A stretch of 20,986 nt of DNA. Origin: an uncultured Candidatus Bathyarchaeia archaeon (GTDB taxonomy: Archaea > Thermoproteota > Bathyarchaeia > Bathyarchaeales > Bathycorpusculaceae). Within the stretch, counting starts at the first letter, position 1. Every line of letters starts with the position of its first letter. Positions 1-8,320 of the stretch are shown here, one piece after another. The stretch lies in contig CAYVGZ010000019.1 in the NCBI GenBank assembly GCA_964450845.1, positions 1 to 20,986 of the forward strand, in the 5' to 3' direction. Below the pieces are notes generated by a model. That model saw only the letters and a program-made list of their open reading frames with translations. It had not been told where the DNA came from and searched no databases. The position numbers and the translations under genes are program-made.

Positions 1-602
1 CTGAAATATTCTTGAAGCCTCATTTCTCTGAGCCTTTCGTATCGTCTGGCTGATTGTCCTCCAGCGCGAGTTTTTCCTGGCACGCCAGATGTAAATTCTC
101 TGACTATTTCGAGTCTTCTACCCTGAAGCGTTGCAAGTGTGGTTGCTGATGAATCTATGAGAAGTATGCCATAGGTTTCTTTTTCTCTCAGAAGCTCTTG
201 CATGTGTTCTGTGTGGAATTTTGCATCACATCTGTAAAGGTATATGTGTATCGGCTCTGGCGGTATAATCACATAGGTTTCAATTCTCTCGCTTCCCGCT
301 CCATTCTGCGGAATTGCACCGCAAAATATTACTAGTCCGTTTTCTGGGGTTTCTTTGAAGAGTTTGAGGCGTTGCTGGACTTTTACGATGGCGTCTTGAA
401 CGTTTTTGCGAGTGGTTGTGGATTTTATGTTTGAGGCTGTGCCGTATTCGTCTCTAAGCGTGTTCATAACTTCGCTTATTTGTTTCCCAGGCGGGACATA
501 AAGTGAAACAAGCTCGGTTCCACGTCCCTCTTTGCTGGCTAGCGTATTCAGTGTCTTTTTTAATCGGAATAGTTCCAACGAAGTTCTTTTTTTGCTGCTC
601 AA
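1..602 (-). CDS. prf1: Peptide chain release factor aRF1 (eRF1 family), 5' part; runs off the window edge
   Basis: Missing from the ORF track; translated by hand from TTG at 602-600: MSSKKRTSLELFRLKKTLNTLASKEGRGTELVSLYVPPGKQISE...ASNIKS...RAGGQSARRYERLREMRLQEYF. Contains the NIKS and GGQ motifs. Confidence 0.96.
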   Translation of the reverse strand, partial: MSSKKRTSLELFRLKKTLNTLASKEGRGTELVSLYVPPGKQISEVMNTLRDEYGTASNIKSTTTRKNVQDAIVKVQQRLKLFKETPENGLVIFCGAIPQNGAGSERIETYVIIPPEPIHIYLYRCDAKFHTEHMQELLREKETYGILLIDSSATTLATLQGRRLEIVREFTSGVPGKTRAGGQSARRYERLREMRLQEYF

Positions 603-673
603 CTGTTTTCACTAAAGCATTTTAGCCTAAAGCTACATTGTAAGGCGTCAAATAAAAGTTTGGGAAAACAAGG

Positions 674-1603
674 CTATACTATTTCTAGAACTTCTTTCAA
701 AAACGCCTTGTATGGACCTAATTTTCCGCCATAGTTGCCAGCTGAAATTCTAACAACACCCGAAACACTTGCAGCAGCCTTTACCCCTTCACTCATAGCC
801 CTTTTAACAGCCTCAACACTTAAGCCATTGATAACAATTTCATAAACACAATTTACGTTTTCCTGCAGTTGCGAATCTGGTATAAGCGTTTTTAATCCTG
901 GACAGAATGGGTGATTGGTTGATGCTCTAAGTTTATACTTTAAGGAGCCAGCTTTCGAGCCAGAACGGCAAATTCCACCTGGAAAGGGCAAAATAACGTT
1001 ACCTGTCTTGGTTTTAATGGCTTTGGCTGCCTCTTCAGCTGCTTTAAGTCCGTAAGCCTTATCTTTGGCTAGGATTAGAAGGTTTCCGCCGGCTACTGCT
1101 TCTGCCGCACCGAAAGTGTCTTCAACAATGAAGTTGCCTTCCATCACCGGGATTTTCCAGACCTTTCTGTTTCCAACCAAACCTTTTCTCTGAAATCCGT
1201 CACCAAAAAGCCGTATGCTTCTGCCAACCTTCAGTTTTCTTTTAGCGCTAGGCATTGCATCAAAGGCTGATGTTGTTGGGCAAGTCATTATGCACTGTCC
1301 TATGCGCAGTATCATCTGGTTTTTCAATTCAAACCTGTTGCGATTGTATATTTGAATTAAAACGCCTACGCGATTGTCCGGAGTTTTGTCTGCTGGCACG
1401 GTGCCTTCTATGCCCGCCTCAGCCGGAGACATAATAACACTTGTTGCTAAGCCTGTTGCAGTCTCAGCTGCTGTCAAAGCCCATTTTTCGCTGTCTGCTG
1501 TAATCAATACCCTGCCAGCCCAAAGAGGAAACATTTCTGCAAAAGTATCTACTATCTCACAAGAATTTCCGTTTTCAGCGTTATAGGTAAATACTTGATT
1601 CAT
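674..1603 (-). CDS. ftr: Formylmethanofuran--tetrahydromethanopterin N-formyltransferase
   Basis: Ftr/FhcD motifs DTFAEMF, RIGQCIMTCPTT, PFPGGICRSGSK, ASTNHPFCP, YEIVINGL and ISAGNYGGKLG. Confidence 0.95.
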   Translation of the reverse strand: MNQVFTYNAENGNSCEIVDTFAEMFPLWAGRVLITADSEKWALTAAETATGLATSVIMSPAEAGIEGTVPADKTPDNRVGVLIQIYNRNRFELKNQMILRIGQCIMTCPTTSAFDAMPSAKRKLKVGRSIRLFGDGFQRKGLVGNRKVWKIPVMEGNFIVEDTFGAAEAVAGGNLLILAKDKAYGLKAAEEAAKAIKTKTGNVILPFPGGICRSGSKAGSLKYKLRASTNHPFCPGLKTLIPDSQLQENVNCVYEIVINGLSVEAVKRAMSEGVKAAASVSGVVRISAGNYGGKLGPYKAFLKEVLEIV

Positions 1604-1662
1604 TGGATTTCCTTCCCTGTCACCTTTATTTTAGAATGCCATATTCTGGAATAACTTATTCT

Positions 1663-2421
1663 TTATCGAAATAAGTCTTTTTCTCTTGGTCTTACCAGTT
1701 CTTTTGCTTCTGCATAATCGGATTTTGGATAGTTGTAGCCTCGAATTAGGGCTGCTGGAATGCCTTCGCTTGCTTGCCCTATCACTAGTTCAGCGGCTGA
1801 AGCTAGCTCGTCGGCAATTGCGGTTTGCTTCACCATCAAAGTGTAGCCAAACAAGTCTTTTTCGCCTCTTCTGTCTCTGATCGGTCTTATGCCTGCTACT
1901 CCGATTGCCACGTTTATCTCTCCTTGCCTCAGAGGCCGTCCATGCGTATCAGAAATTATAACCGCGACATCACAATTGGTTAATCTCTTTATTTCTCGCC
2001 TAATTCTGTCTGCAGAGCTGTCTGGATTCTTAGGCAACAGAGCAACTGTTCTTTCGCCTGGAACGTTAGACTTGTCAACTCCAGAGTTTGCACAAATAAA
2101 TCCGTGCTTACTTTCCGTAATGAGTACTCCATCGTCCATGCGTCTAATGCTTTTGGATTCTCGTAGAACAACTTCGACATGGGCTGGGTCCTTCCGATAC
2201 TGCATAGCTATGTTTTTTGCAAATTCAGACGGCGTGACCTCGTCAAGGTTTACGACATTTCCTTCGGCGCGTGAAACAATAACGTGTGTAATCACTATTA
2301 TGTCCCCGTCTTGAATGGGATTGCCTTGTCTTTTAGCCGCTTCACAGATAAGTTCAGCCAAGTTGTCTCCTGTCTTTATAATCGGCAAACTTTCGATTCC
2401 AAAAATCTGAATGACATCCAT
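1663..2421 (-). CDS. cofE: Coenzyme F420-0:L-glutamate ligase
   Basis: Motifs LPIIKTGDNL, DGDIIVITHVIVSRAEG, GFICANSGVDKSN, ISDTHGRPLRQG and ADELASAAELVIGQASEGIPAALIRG. Confidence 0.95.
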   Translation of the reverse strand: MDVIQIFGIESLPIIKTGDNLAELICEAAKRQGNPIQDGDIIVITHVIVSRAEGNVVNLDEVTPSEFAKNIAMQYRKDPAHVEVVLRESKSIRRMDDGVLITESKHGFICANSGVDKSNVPGERTVALLPKNPDSSADRIRREIKRLTNCDVAVIISDTHGRPLRQGEINVAIGVAGIRPIRDRRGEKDLFGYTLMVKQTAIADELASAAELVIGQASEGIPAALIRGYNYPKSDYAEAKELVRPREKDLFR

Positions 2422-2506
2422 TGAGAAACCTCTCTTCTGGGCAATTTACTTAATTTTTGTCGCCATAAACGTAAACTTATATTAAGCTTATATCATTATT
2501 CTTTTT

Positions 2507-3562
2507 ATGCCATCTGAAACGACTCCAGCTAAAGTCAGTTTTGAAGAATCTTTAGCCAAAAACGTTGTCAGTTGCAGAAAATGTGCTGGTTGCGGCGCAT
2601 GCACCATTGTATGCCCTTTCAATTGCTTGGAATATGCCGCAGAAAAACCTAATTTGGTAAAGGAATGCAAAATCTGCGGTATTTGTGCCCAAATCTGTCC
2701 ACGCTACGAGTGGTCATGGTCAAAAACGGAGAATTTTGTGTTTGGCAGAGAGAGGAAAACCGAAGAAGAGTTTGGAGTTTATCGCAGACTCGTAATAGCT
2801 CAAGCAAAGGACGAAAGAATATTGAAAGTTGGCCAAGATGGAGGCATCGTCACAGCACTTCTGCTATTCGCTTTAAACAACGGGTTGATTGACAGTGCCG
2901 TTGTTTCTGGGATAAGTCGAGAAAAACCTTTTCAGCCAATTCCAAAAATAGCCACAACAGTTGAAGAAATTTTGGAATCAGCTGGAACGAGATATTCCTA
3001 CTCTCCCAACCTCCTCGCACTGCCTGAGGCACTTAAACAGAAAAAAACTAGCGTTGCGTTCGTAGGAACACCATGCCAAATCCAGGCCGTCAGAAAAATG
3101 CAAATGGCTGGTCTAAAGAGATACACATCTCCTCTGAAATTCTTGATTGGACTTATGTGTTCTGAAGGTTTCACATATGAAGGGCTGATGGAAAAGCATA
3201 TTCATGGAAAACTCGGCGTAGATTTGAACAGCATAGAAAAAATTAATATTAAAGGAAAAATGCTCGTCAAAACAAACTCGGGAATTACCACAATTCCTCT
3301 TGCAGAAACAAAACAGTATGCACGAGAGGGCTGCAGTTTTTGCGATGATTTCAGTTCTGAACTCGCAGACATTTCTGTGGGAGGTTTGGGATTGGATGGC
3401 TGGACTTTCATTATCATTCGCACAGAAAAGGGCGAAGAGCTATTCTCAGATGCTGAAAGGGCAGGCATTATCAAAACTAGAAATGTGAATGGAGAGACAA
3501 ACGCCTTAAATCTGTTACATAAGCTTTCAAAAAAGAAAAGACAGCTTTCAAGCCAACCATGA
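2507..3562 (+). CDS. F420-binding FrhB/FdhB-family protein with N-terminal 2x[4Fe-4S] ferredoxin domain (FpoF/FqoF-like)
   Basis: Ferredoxin motifs CAGCGACTIVCP and CKICGICAQICP, followed by FrhB-family motifs QDGGIVTALL, AGTRY, VGTPCQ, IGLMCSEGF and GCSFCDDFSSELADISVG. Confidence 0.88.
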   Translation: MPSETTPAKVSFEESLAKNVVSCRKCAGCGACTIVCPFNCLEYAAEKPNLVKECKICGICAQICPRYEWSWSKTENFVFGRERKTEEEFGVYRRLVIAQAKDERILKVGQDGGIVTALLLFALNNGLIDSAVVSGISREKPFQPIPKIATTVEEILESAGTRYSYSPNLLALPEALKQKKTSVAFVGTPCQIQAVRKMQMAGLKRYTSPLKFLIGLMCSEGFTYEGLMEKHIHGKLGVDLNSIEKINIKGKMLVKTNSGITTIPLAETKQYAREGCSFCDDFSSELADISVGGLGLDGWTFIIIRTEKGEELFSDAERAGIIKTRNVNGETNALNLLHKLSKKKRQLSSQP

Positions 3563-3610
3563 AGTAGACAACCCTTATAAATAGAATGAAACAACTAATC
3601 GAAGATTCGC

Positions 3611-4186
3611 ATGAAGATAGATACTACAACTCTAGCAGGCACAGCTATTCTTTCTGCTTTAGTGGTTGTTTTCGACTATACCCTCAAGTATTCATATCTC
3701 AAAATACCATTTCCCGGGCTTCCCTTTCTAAAATTCGATTTCACCGGTATTCCTATAGTTTTATCCTTCTTGCTTTTCGGCATGATTCCAGGAATCTTCA
3801 CTTCAACTGTTGCTTTTCTTGGCATACTTGCACGTAGCGGAGACGTCCTCGGTTCTTCAATGAAAGGCGTCGCAGAGTTTTCAACCATTTTGGGAATGGC
3901 TATTGGTTTAAAGTTGCTTAATAGATTTAGAATTGCTGGTTCGTTTGTATCTGGTGTTGGAACAAGAGCTTTAGTCATGACATGTGTAAATTTGGGGTTG
4001 ATTTATGTTGGGATTATGGCAATTCCATCGTCCTATATGGATGTTCCTCTTATTCTGACGCTGTTGTTTGGAATTTTCAATATCATTCAAGGAGCAGTAA
4101 GCATATTTGGCGGCTATTCCATCTATATGGCAATCAGAAGACGCGCTCCTTCTCTAGCAAAAAAAGCAATTAACAACAAAAGCTGA
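3611..4186 (+). CDS. ECF transporter substrate-binding (S) component
   Basis: 191 aa, about 6 hydrophobic segments, with an N-terminal AILSALVVVF...FLKFDFTGIPIVLSFLLFG pattern typical of S components. Substrate unknown. Confidence 0.75.
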   Translation: MKIDTTTLAGTAILSALVVVFDYTLKYSYLKIPFPGLPFLKFDFTGIPIVLSFLLFGMIPGIFTSTVAFLGILARSGDVLGSSMKGVAEFSTILGMAIGLKLLNRFRIAGSFVSGVGTRALVMTCVNLGLIYVGIMAIPSSYMDVPLILTLLFGIFNIIQGAVSIFGGYSIYMAIRRRAPSLAKKAINNKS

Positions 4187-4233
4187 TAATTTTAGTAATC
4201 CTAATATATATTTTCTAAGTCTGTATTAATCGA

Positions 4234-5280
4234 ATGGAATCAACTAATACCTGTGGGAAAATTATGGAACGTAAGATTATGTCTCTAGGCAGATCGTCCC
4301 TCGTAATCTCTCTTCCGAAAAATTGGATGGAACTAAACGAATTAAAAAAAGGCGATGTTGTTTCTATAGCTATTCAGCGTGATCGTTCTCTAGTGGTTTT
4401 TCCGAGCGCTGAGAAGAAGATAGAGCGCAAAGAAATAACACTTCATGTTGCCCCTGATGAAGGAGAAACTCTAATCGTTCGAAGAATAATAGGTTGCTAT
4501 TTGAACGGTTATTCCGCCATCAGAATAATTTCGGATAGGATTTTTTCTGTTCCGGAAAGAAAGGCTATTAGAAATATTGTTCGGATGCTTTACATGCGAA
4601 TTATGGAATCTGACTCTAAAAGCATGCACATTCAAACTTTGATAGATGAGTCAAAAGCATCTATCGAACCGGCAATACAACGGATGCATTTGATTTCTCA
4701 TTCCATGTGTGTGGACGCATTAAATTCCTTGAAAAACCGAGATGTGGCATTAGCGAAAGCGGTTTTCTCTCTAGACGATGATGTTGATCACTTTTCCTTT
4801 TTCATTCTACGATTGCTTCGCAATGCGGCTCAAGATTCTGCCTTAGCGAATGAGCTAGGTATTGATCCTCTAGACTGCATGGATCACCAGACTCTTGTTT
4901 ATAGAGTGGAACATGCTGCTGACTATTCCGCTGATATAGCAAAGTATGTAATAATGTTAGATGAGAGTCAACAAAAAATATCAGAGGACATACTGACGCT
5001 TATGTTTACTGTGGGAACCGAGGCTGTTGACTTATACGCTAAAGCAGTTAACACTTTCTTCTCGAAGGATGTGGCTTTTTCCAATGGGATATTAGAGCGA
5101 AAGAAGAAAATCGAGAAACTAGATCAGGAGATAGCTTCAAAGGCTTTTATGGGCAAACAAAAGAATGCTCTGTTGGTCTGCGCCATTTGCTCTATAAGAG
5201 ATGATATACGGAAAATTGCTGATTGCGCGACGGACATAGCTGAGATAGCCATTAACCGTGCCTATAAGGTGGCTACTTAG
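4234..5280 (+). CDS. phoU: Archaeal phosphate uptake regulator (AbrB-like N-terminal domain plus two PhoU repeats)
   Basis: N-terminus ERKIMSLGRSSLVISLPKNW...GDVV (AbrB/SpoVT-like); PhoU repeats with DDDVDH, RVEHAADYSADIA and KIADCATDIAE. Start may be ATG 4264. Overlaps the convergent gene by 8 nt. Confidence 0.85.
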   Translation: MESTNTCGKIMERKIMSLGRSSLVISLPKNWMELNELKKGDVVSIAIQRDRSLVVFPSAEKKIERKEITLHVAPDEGETLIVRRIIGCYLNGYSAIRIISDRIFSVPERKAIRNIVRMLYMRIMESDSKSMHIQTLIDESKASIEPAIQRMHLISHSMCVDALNSLKNRDVALAKAVFSLDDDVDHFSFFILRLLRNAAQDSALANELGIDPLDCMDHQTLVYRVEHAADYSADIAKYVIMLDESQQKISEDILTLMFTVGTEAVDLYAKAVNTFFSKDVAFSNGILERKKKIEKLDQEIASKAFMGKQKNALLVCAICSIRDDIRKIADCATDIAEIAINRAYKVAT

Positions 5281-6994
5281 AATCTTTCTTCGGGGGATAA
5301 CTCAAAGTCAATGCAAGTTTGGCTACAGAGAGTTCTTTTCTAAGCAGTTTTCTTGCCAGCTGTAAAGCCATATTGTAGTTGTACAATTCTTTTCCATTAC
5401 TTCGTGCTTCTCGCAGAATCTCTTTTTCCAATTTATGTTTCAAATCACCAATTGTGAGGGCTCCGATTCCGAAAATTCCTTGTTCCATTTCTCTCATGTC
5501 ATCTTTCAGTTCTATCCCTTCTACTCCAAAAGGCGGAATGGCGTTTATGTCAACTAGAACTTTCATGTGTTTAATTTCCTTCAACATTTCCTTCTCTATG
5601 ACGCGAATGCCCCTTGTCCCTGCACATAAAACTACATCTGCCTTTTTTAAAATCTCGATCTTTTCAGATGATGTTGGTGCAAAAACGCCTTGGACTTTCA
5701 CTCCGTGATCCTTAGCTAGAAGTCTCGCGATGTCTTCAGCGTGCTCTTTTCCATCTACACGTTTTGGGTTAAGGCTAGCAATTATTACGTTGCATCCAAG
5801 CTTGGCCAAAAGAACTGCTGCTATTTGTCCAACAGCCCCAGTACCAAGAACTGCACAAGTTTTGTCTTTTAATTCGCCAAGTTTGTGTGATGAGAGTGCC
5901 TCTTCGACTTTTGCAACCATGGCTGCGGCTGTTGTGTATGCACCGCCGGGATCAATTATTATACTTGTCTTGAAAGGTGGAAACATCGCATTCTTTACGG
6001 CTTCAAAAACTTCCTCAGCTTTTTCAGCACCTTTTCCTCCAACAAAAAAACATGTGTGCTTAACGGCTTTTGGTCCCCTAGAAAATATGGCGTCTTGAAC
6101 GATTTTTTTTGCGTCTTCTGGAGTCACATTCTCGTAGGGTATAACAGCATTGTAGCCGGCGTCGTAAGCCATACAAATGTCAAAAGGGCTAGCTTTTTCA
6201 TCGGTGTCTAAGTAAAAAAGAAGATATGGCGCATCCTCGGTTTTTCCAATGACTGGTTTTACTTGGATCTGCATTGACTGCAGCAGATTCTCTAGCTCAT
6301 TGGAGTGAGGAATCTCTGTGTGAGCTGAAATTATCTTTTTTGAGAGTTTAATGATTTCAACCTTGGCGTTTAAGGATTCCAAAAGTTTCCTGACTCCTTC
6401 TACGTGTTCTGGGCTGCTTATGTGAAGGCAATTGATCTCTTCTTTATCGTTGATTTCTTTTGCGTTATCCATGATGCCCATGACAATCCAGCTTTCCCTT
6501 ATGGGAAAACTTATCTCCCGTTCTTGTTCCTCTATCTCGAGTTGTAAACCTTGACCATAAGCCACTAGATACTCTTTTTCCATAGAACCTTGACTTTTTC
6601 GCTTTGACAGGTTATCTAAAGCGTTTAGTATGCTGTCTCTGGACTCTATCTTTTTAGTCAAGCTTGTTGCAACATATGTTCTTGCATTTGCATCGATGTC
6701 AACTGGAAAGAACGGAACATTGTTTTTACGAAGCATTTGAGCCAAAATGTTGTCCTCGTAAAACTCCTTTTGGGAACGCATACCCAACTCTTCCGTTGCA
6801 AAGTCAGGGGTAGTCTCCTTAATCATGTTCTCTAGGAAACTGTAGAAGCCTATGGAAGGTTTGAAAAGAGAACGAAGTCTATTCGAGCCTGAGGAAGAGG
6901 GTTCAGCTACCCAAAAAGGCTCATTATATTCTTTTTCAACAATCACAACTGTTAACTTCTTGTTTTTCAGGGGAGTTATCTCGAGTGTTTTCAT
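5273..6994 (-). CDS. NAD(P)-dependent methylene-H4MPT dehydrogenase (MtdA/MtdB family) fused to an N-terminal ~220-aa domain
   Basis: The C-terminal ~320 aa follows MtdA/B: LLFYLDTDEKASPFDICMAYDAG, IFSRGPK, FFVGG, FPPFKTSIIIDPGGAYTTAAA, GTGAVG, DINAIPPFGVEGI, GALTIGDLK. Start placed at ATG 6994, after AAGGTCG, rather than at 7123, which lies inside mtd. Confidence 0.88.
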   Translation of the reverse strand: MKTLEITPLKNKKLTVVIVEKEYNEPFWVAEPSSSGSNRLRSLFKPSIGFYSFLENMIKETTPDFATEELGMRSQKEFYEDNILAQMLRKNNVPFFPVDIDANARTYVATSLTKKIESRDSILNALDNLSKRKSQGSMEKEYLVAYGQGLQLEIEEQEREISFPIRESWIVMGIMDNAKEINDKEEINCLHISSPEHVEGVRKLLESLNAKVEIIKLSKKIISAHTEIPHSNELENLLQSMQIQVKPVIGKTEDAPYLLFYLDTDEKASPFDICMAYDAGYNAVIPYENVTPEDAKKIVQDAIFSRGPKAVKHTCFFVGGKGAEKAEEVFEAVKNAMFPPFKTSIIIDPGGAYTTAAAMVAKVEEALSSHKLGELKDKTCAVLGTGAVGQIAAVLLAKLGCNVIIASLNPKRVDGKEHAEDIARLLAKDHGVKVQGVFAPTSSEKIEILKKADVVLCAGTRGIRVIEKEMLKEIKHMKVLVDINAIPPFGVEGIELKDDMREMEQGIFGIGALTIGDLKHKLEKEILREARSNGKELYNYNMALQLARKLLRKELSVAKLALTLSYPPKKDSK

Positions 6995-7035
6995 CTCAAC
7001 GACCTTGATTAAAAAATAGAACATGGCTGCATATA

Positions 7036-7081
7036 TATTTCGTCGAAATACCTTATATACAAATATAAGTCGTATATACAA
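7036..7081. promoter_or_regulatory. Cluster of short palindromes upstream of the MtdA/B fusion gene
   Basis: TATTTCG-T-CGAAATA (7036-7050), CTTATAT-ACAA-ATATAAG (7052-7069), GTATATAC (7072-7079); TATATACAA occurs twice (7054, 7073). Confidence 0.45.
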
Positions 7082-7094
7082 TCCCACAACAAAA

Positions 7095-7967
7095 TCATGA
7101 TTCTTTTTTATAAAAATCTTCATCTAAGGCTGGGGGCACCATCAATTTGGTTTTAATTTTGGCTTTACCATCCTTCGCGTGAGGCTTTCTTACTAGCGTG
7201 TCGTTGTATTTTTCAATTTCCCGAGCTTCTTCGGCTAGTCTAGCGGCTGTTTGAGCTATTTCATGGGCGCATGCTACGAGTGGAACGTACTTGTCACTCT
7301 CTTTCTCTACGAAACACGCTTGTATATTGATTTCGGCAATTTTCTCTGTCAATTCATAGGCAGCCATGGCCTTGGCTCTTGCGTAGGGGTTTTTAAAATC
7401 AGAGTTATCCCGAATGCAATTAACATCCACTATTAACTTGGGCAAAGCGGGAGTTAGTCCTGTTTTAAGTGCATATACCAGTTTGTCGATTTCTTGATGG
7501 ACTATCCTGTAAACGCCAGTGATTGCAAGCACTTTGATTATGTTTGAATTGAAAACTGCCATTTCTATAGGGTCTAAGAACTCTCTTCGCGCCCCAATAA
7601 GTGGATCGCCTGTGATGATTATGTAGCCTAAGCCTTGCTTTTCAAGTTCAGCTTTAATACGCTTCGCAGGAGCATCCGAAATGACGAGGCTGGGCAAGCC
7701 GCTTTTTGCAAACTGCTCTCTGACCTTCGTTGGTCCAGGTATGGACGGATTTGGTGATATGAGGACCAGAAGATCTGGGTCAAATTCGAAGATTTTTGGC
7801 AGGGCTTCTTCGACATCTTCGGCACTCATCTTTGAACCTGTGGTCACTGTTCTGGTTTTAACATCTTGGCGGTCAGCAAGTTCGTCGAGAAGAAGTTCGA
7901 ATAAGGGTGATGAGGCAATGTTGCCACACTTGAAAACCCCGATTTTTTTCGCTTTCTGTTCTTGCAA
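7095..7967 (-). CDS. mtd: F420-dependent methylene-H4MPT dehydrogenase
   Basis: Motifs KIGVFKCGNIA, LLDELADRQD, GSKM, ISPNPSIPGP, DPLIGARREFLDPIEMAVFNS, NPYARAKAMAA and ACAHE. TTG start preceded by AAGGGAG. Confidence 0.95.
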   Translation of the reverse strand: MQEQKAKKIGVFKCGNIASSPLFELLLDELADRQDVKTRTVTTGSKMSAEDVEEALPKIFEFDPDLLVLISPNPSIPGPTKVREQFAKSGLPSLVISDAPAKRIKAELEKQGLGYIIITGDPLIGARREFLDPIEMAVFNSNIIKVLAITGVYRIVHQEIDKLVYALKTGLTPALPKLIVDVNCIRDNSDFKNPYARAKAMAAYELTEKIAEINIQACFVEKESDKYVPLVACAHEIAQTAARLAEEAREIEKYNDTLVRKPHAKDGKAKIKTKLMVPPALDEDFYKKES

Positions 7968-8097
7968 GCTTACTCCCTTCTAGTCTTAATAGCGTCCAAG
8001 CGTTTAAAAATTGTCATTACCTGCATGGTTATCGAATACCTTAATTATTAATGGTTGTCTATGCAACTGTAAGCGTATGTAAAAAGGTGAACGTGAT

Positions 8098-8316
8098 TTG
8101 ACGGAAGTTGTTGAGAAAGGATTGAAAACAATTGGCATAACCATTTCTAAACCTATTCTAGCCATCTTATGCATAATTTTCGGCATAATAGTAATAGTCA
8201 TACCTGACCTTGTGGGGATCGTCATTGGCATTTTCCTCATAGTAGAAGGCATTCTGCTGCTAACCGAATACTTGGAGCTTCAAAGACAACAGCAGTCCCC
8301 GCCTCCGCCAGCATAG
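8098..8316 (+). CDS. Small membrane protein (two hydrophobic helices, possibly DUF3096-like)
   Basis: 72 aa; ILAILCIIFGIIVIVIPDLVGIVIGIFLIVEGILLL; AAGGTGA upstream of the TTG start. Confidence 0.7.
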   Translation: MTEVVEKGLKTIGITISKPILAILCIIFGIIVIVIPDLVGIVIGIFLIVEGILLLTEYLELQRQQQSPPPPA

Positions 8317-8320
8317 CAAC

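Noticed and set aside
6995-7123. 43-aa N-terminal extension of the 616-aa ORF
   Set aside because: It overlaps the end of mtd and runs through an AT-rich palindromic promoter region; ATG 6994 has an SD-like site.
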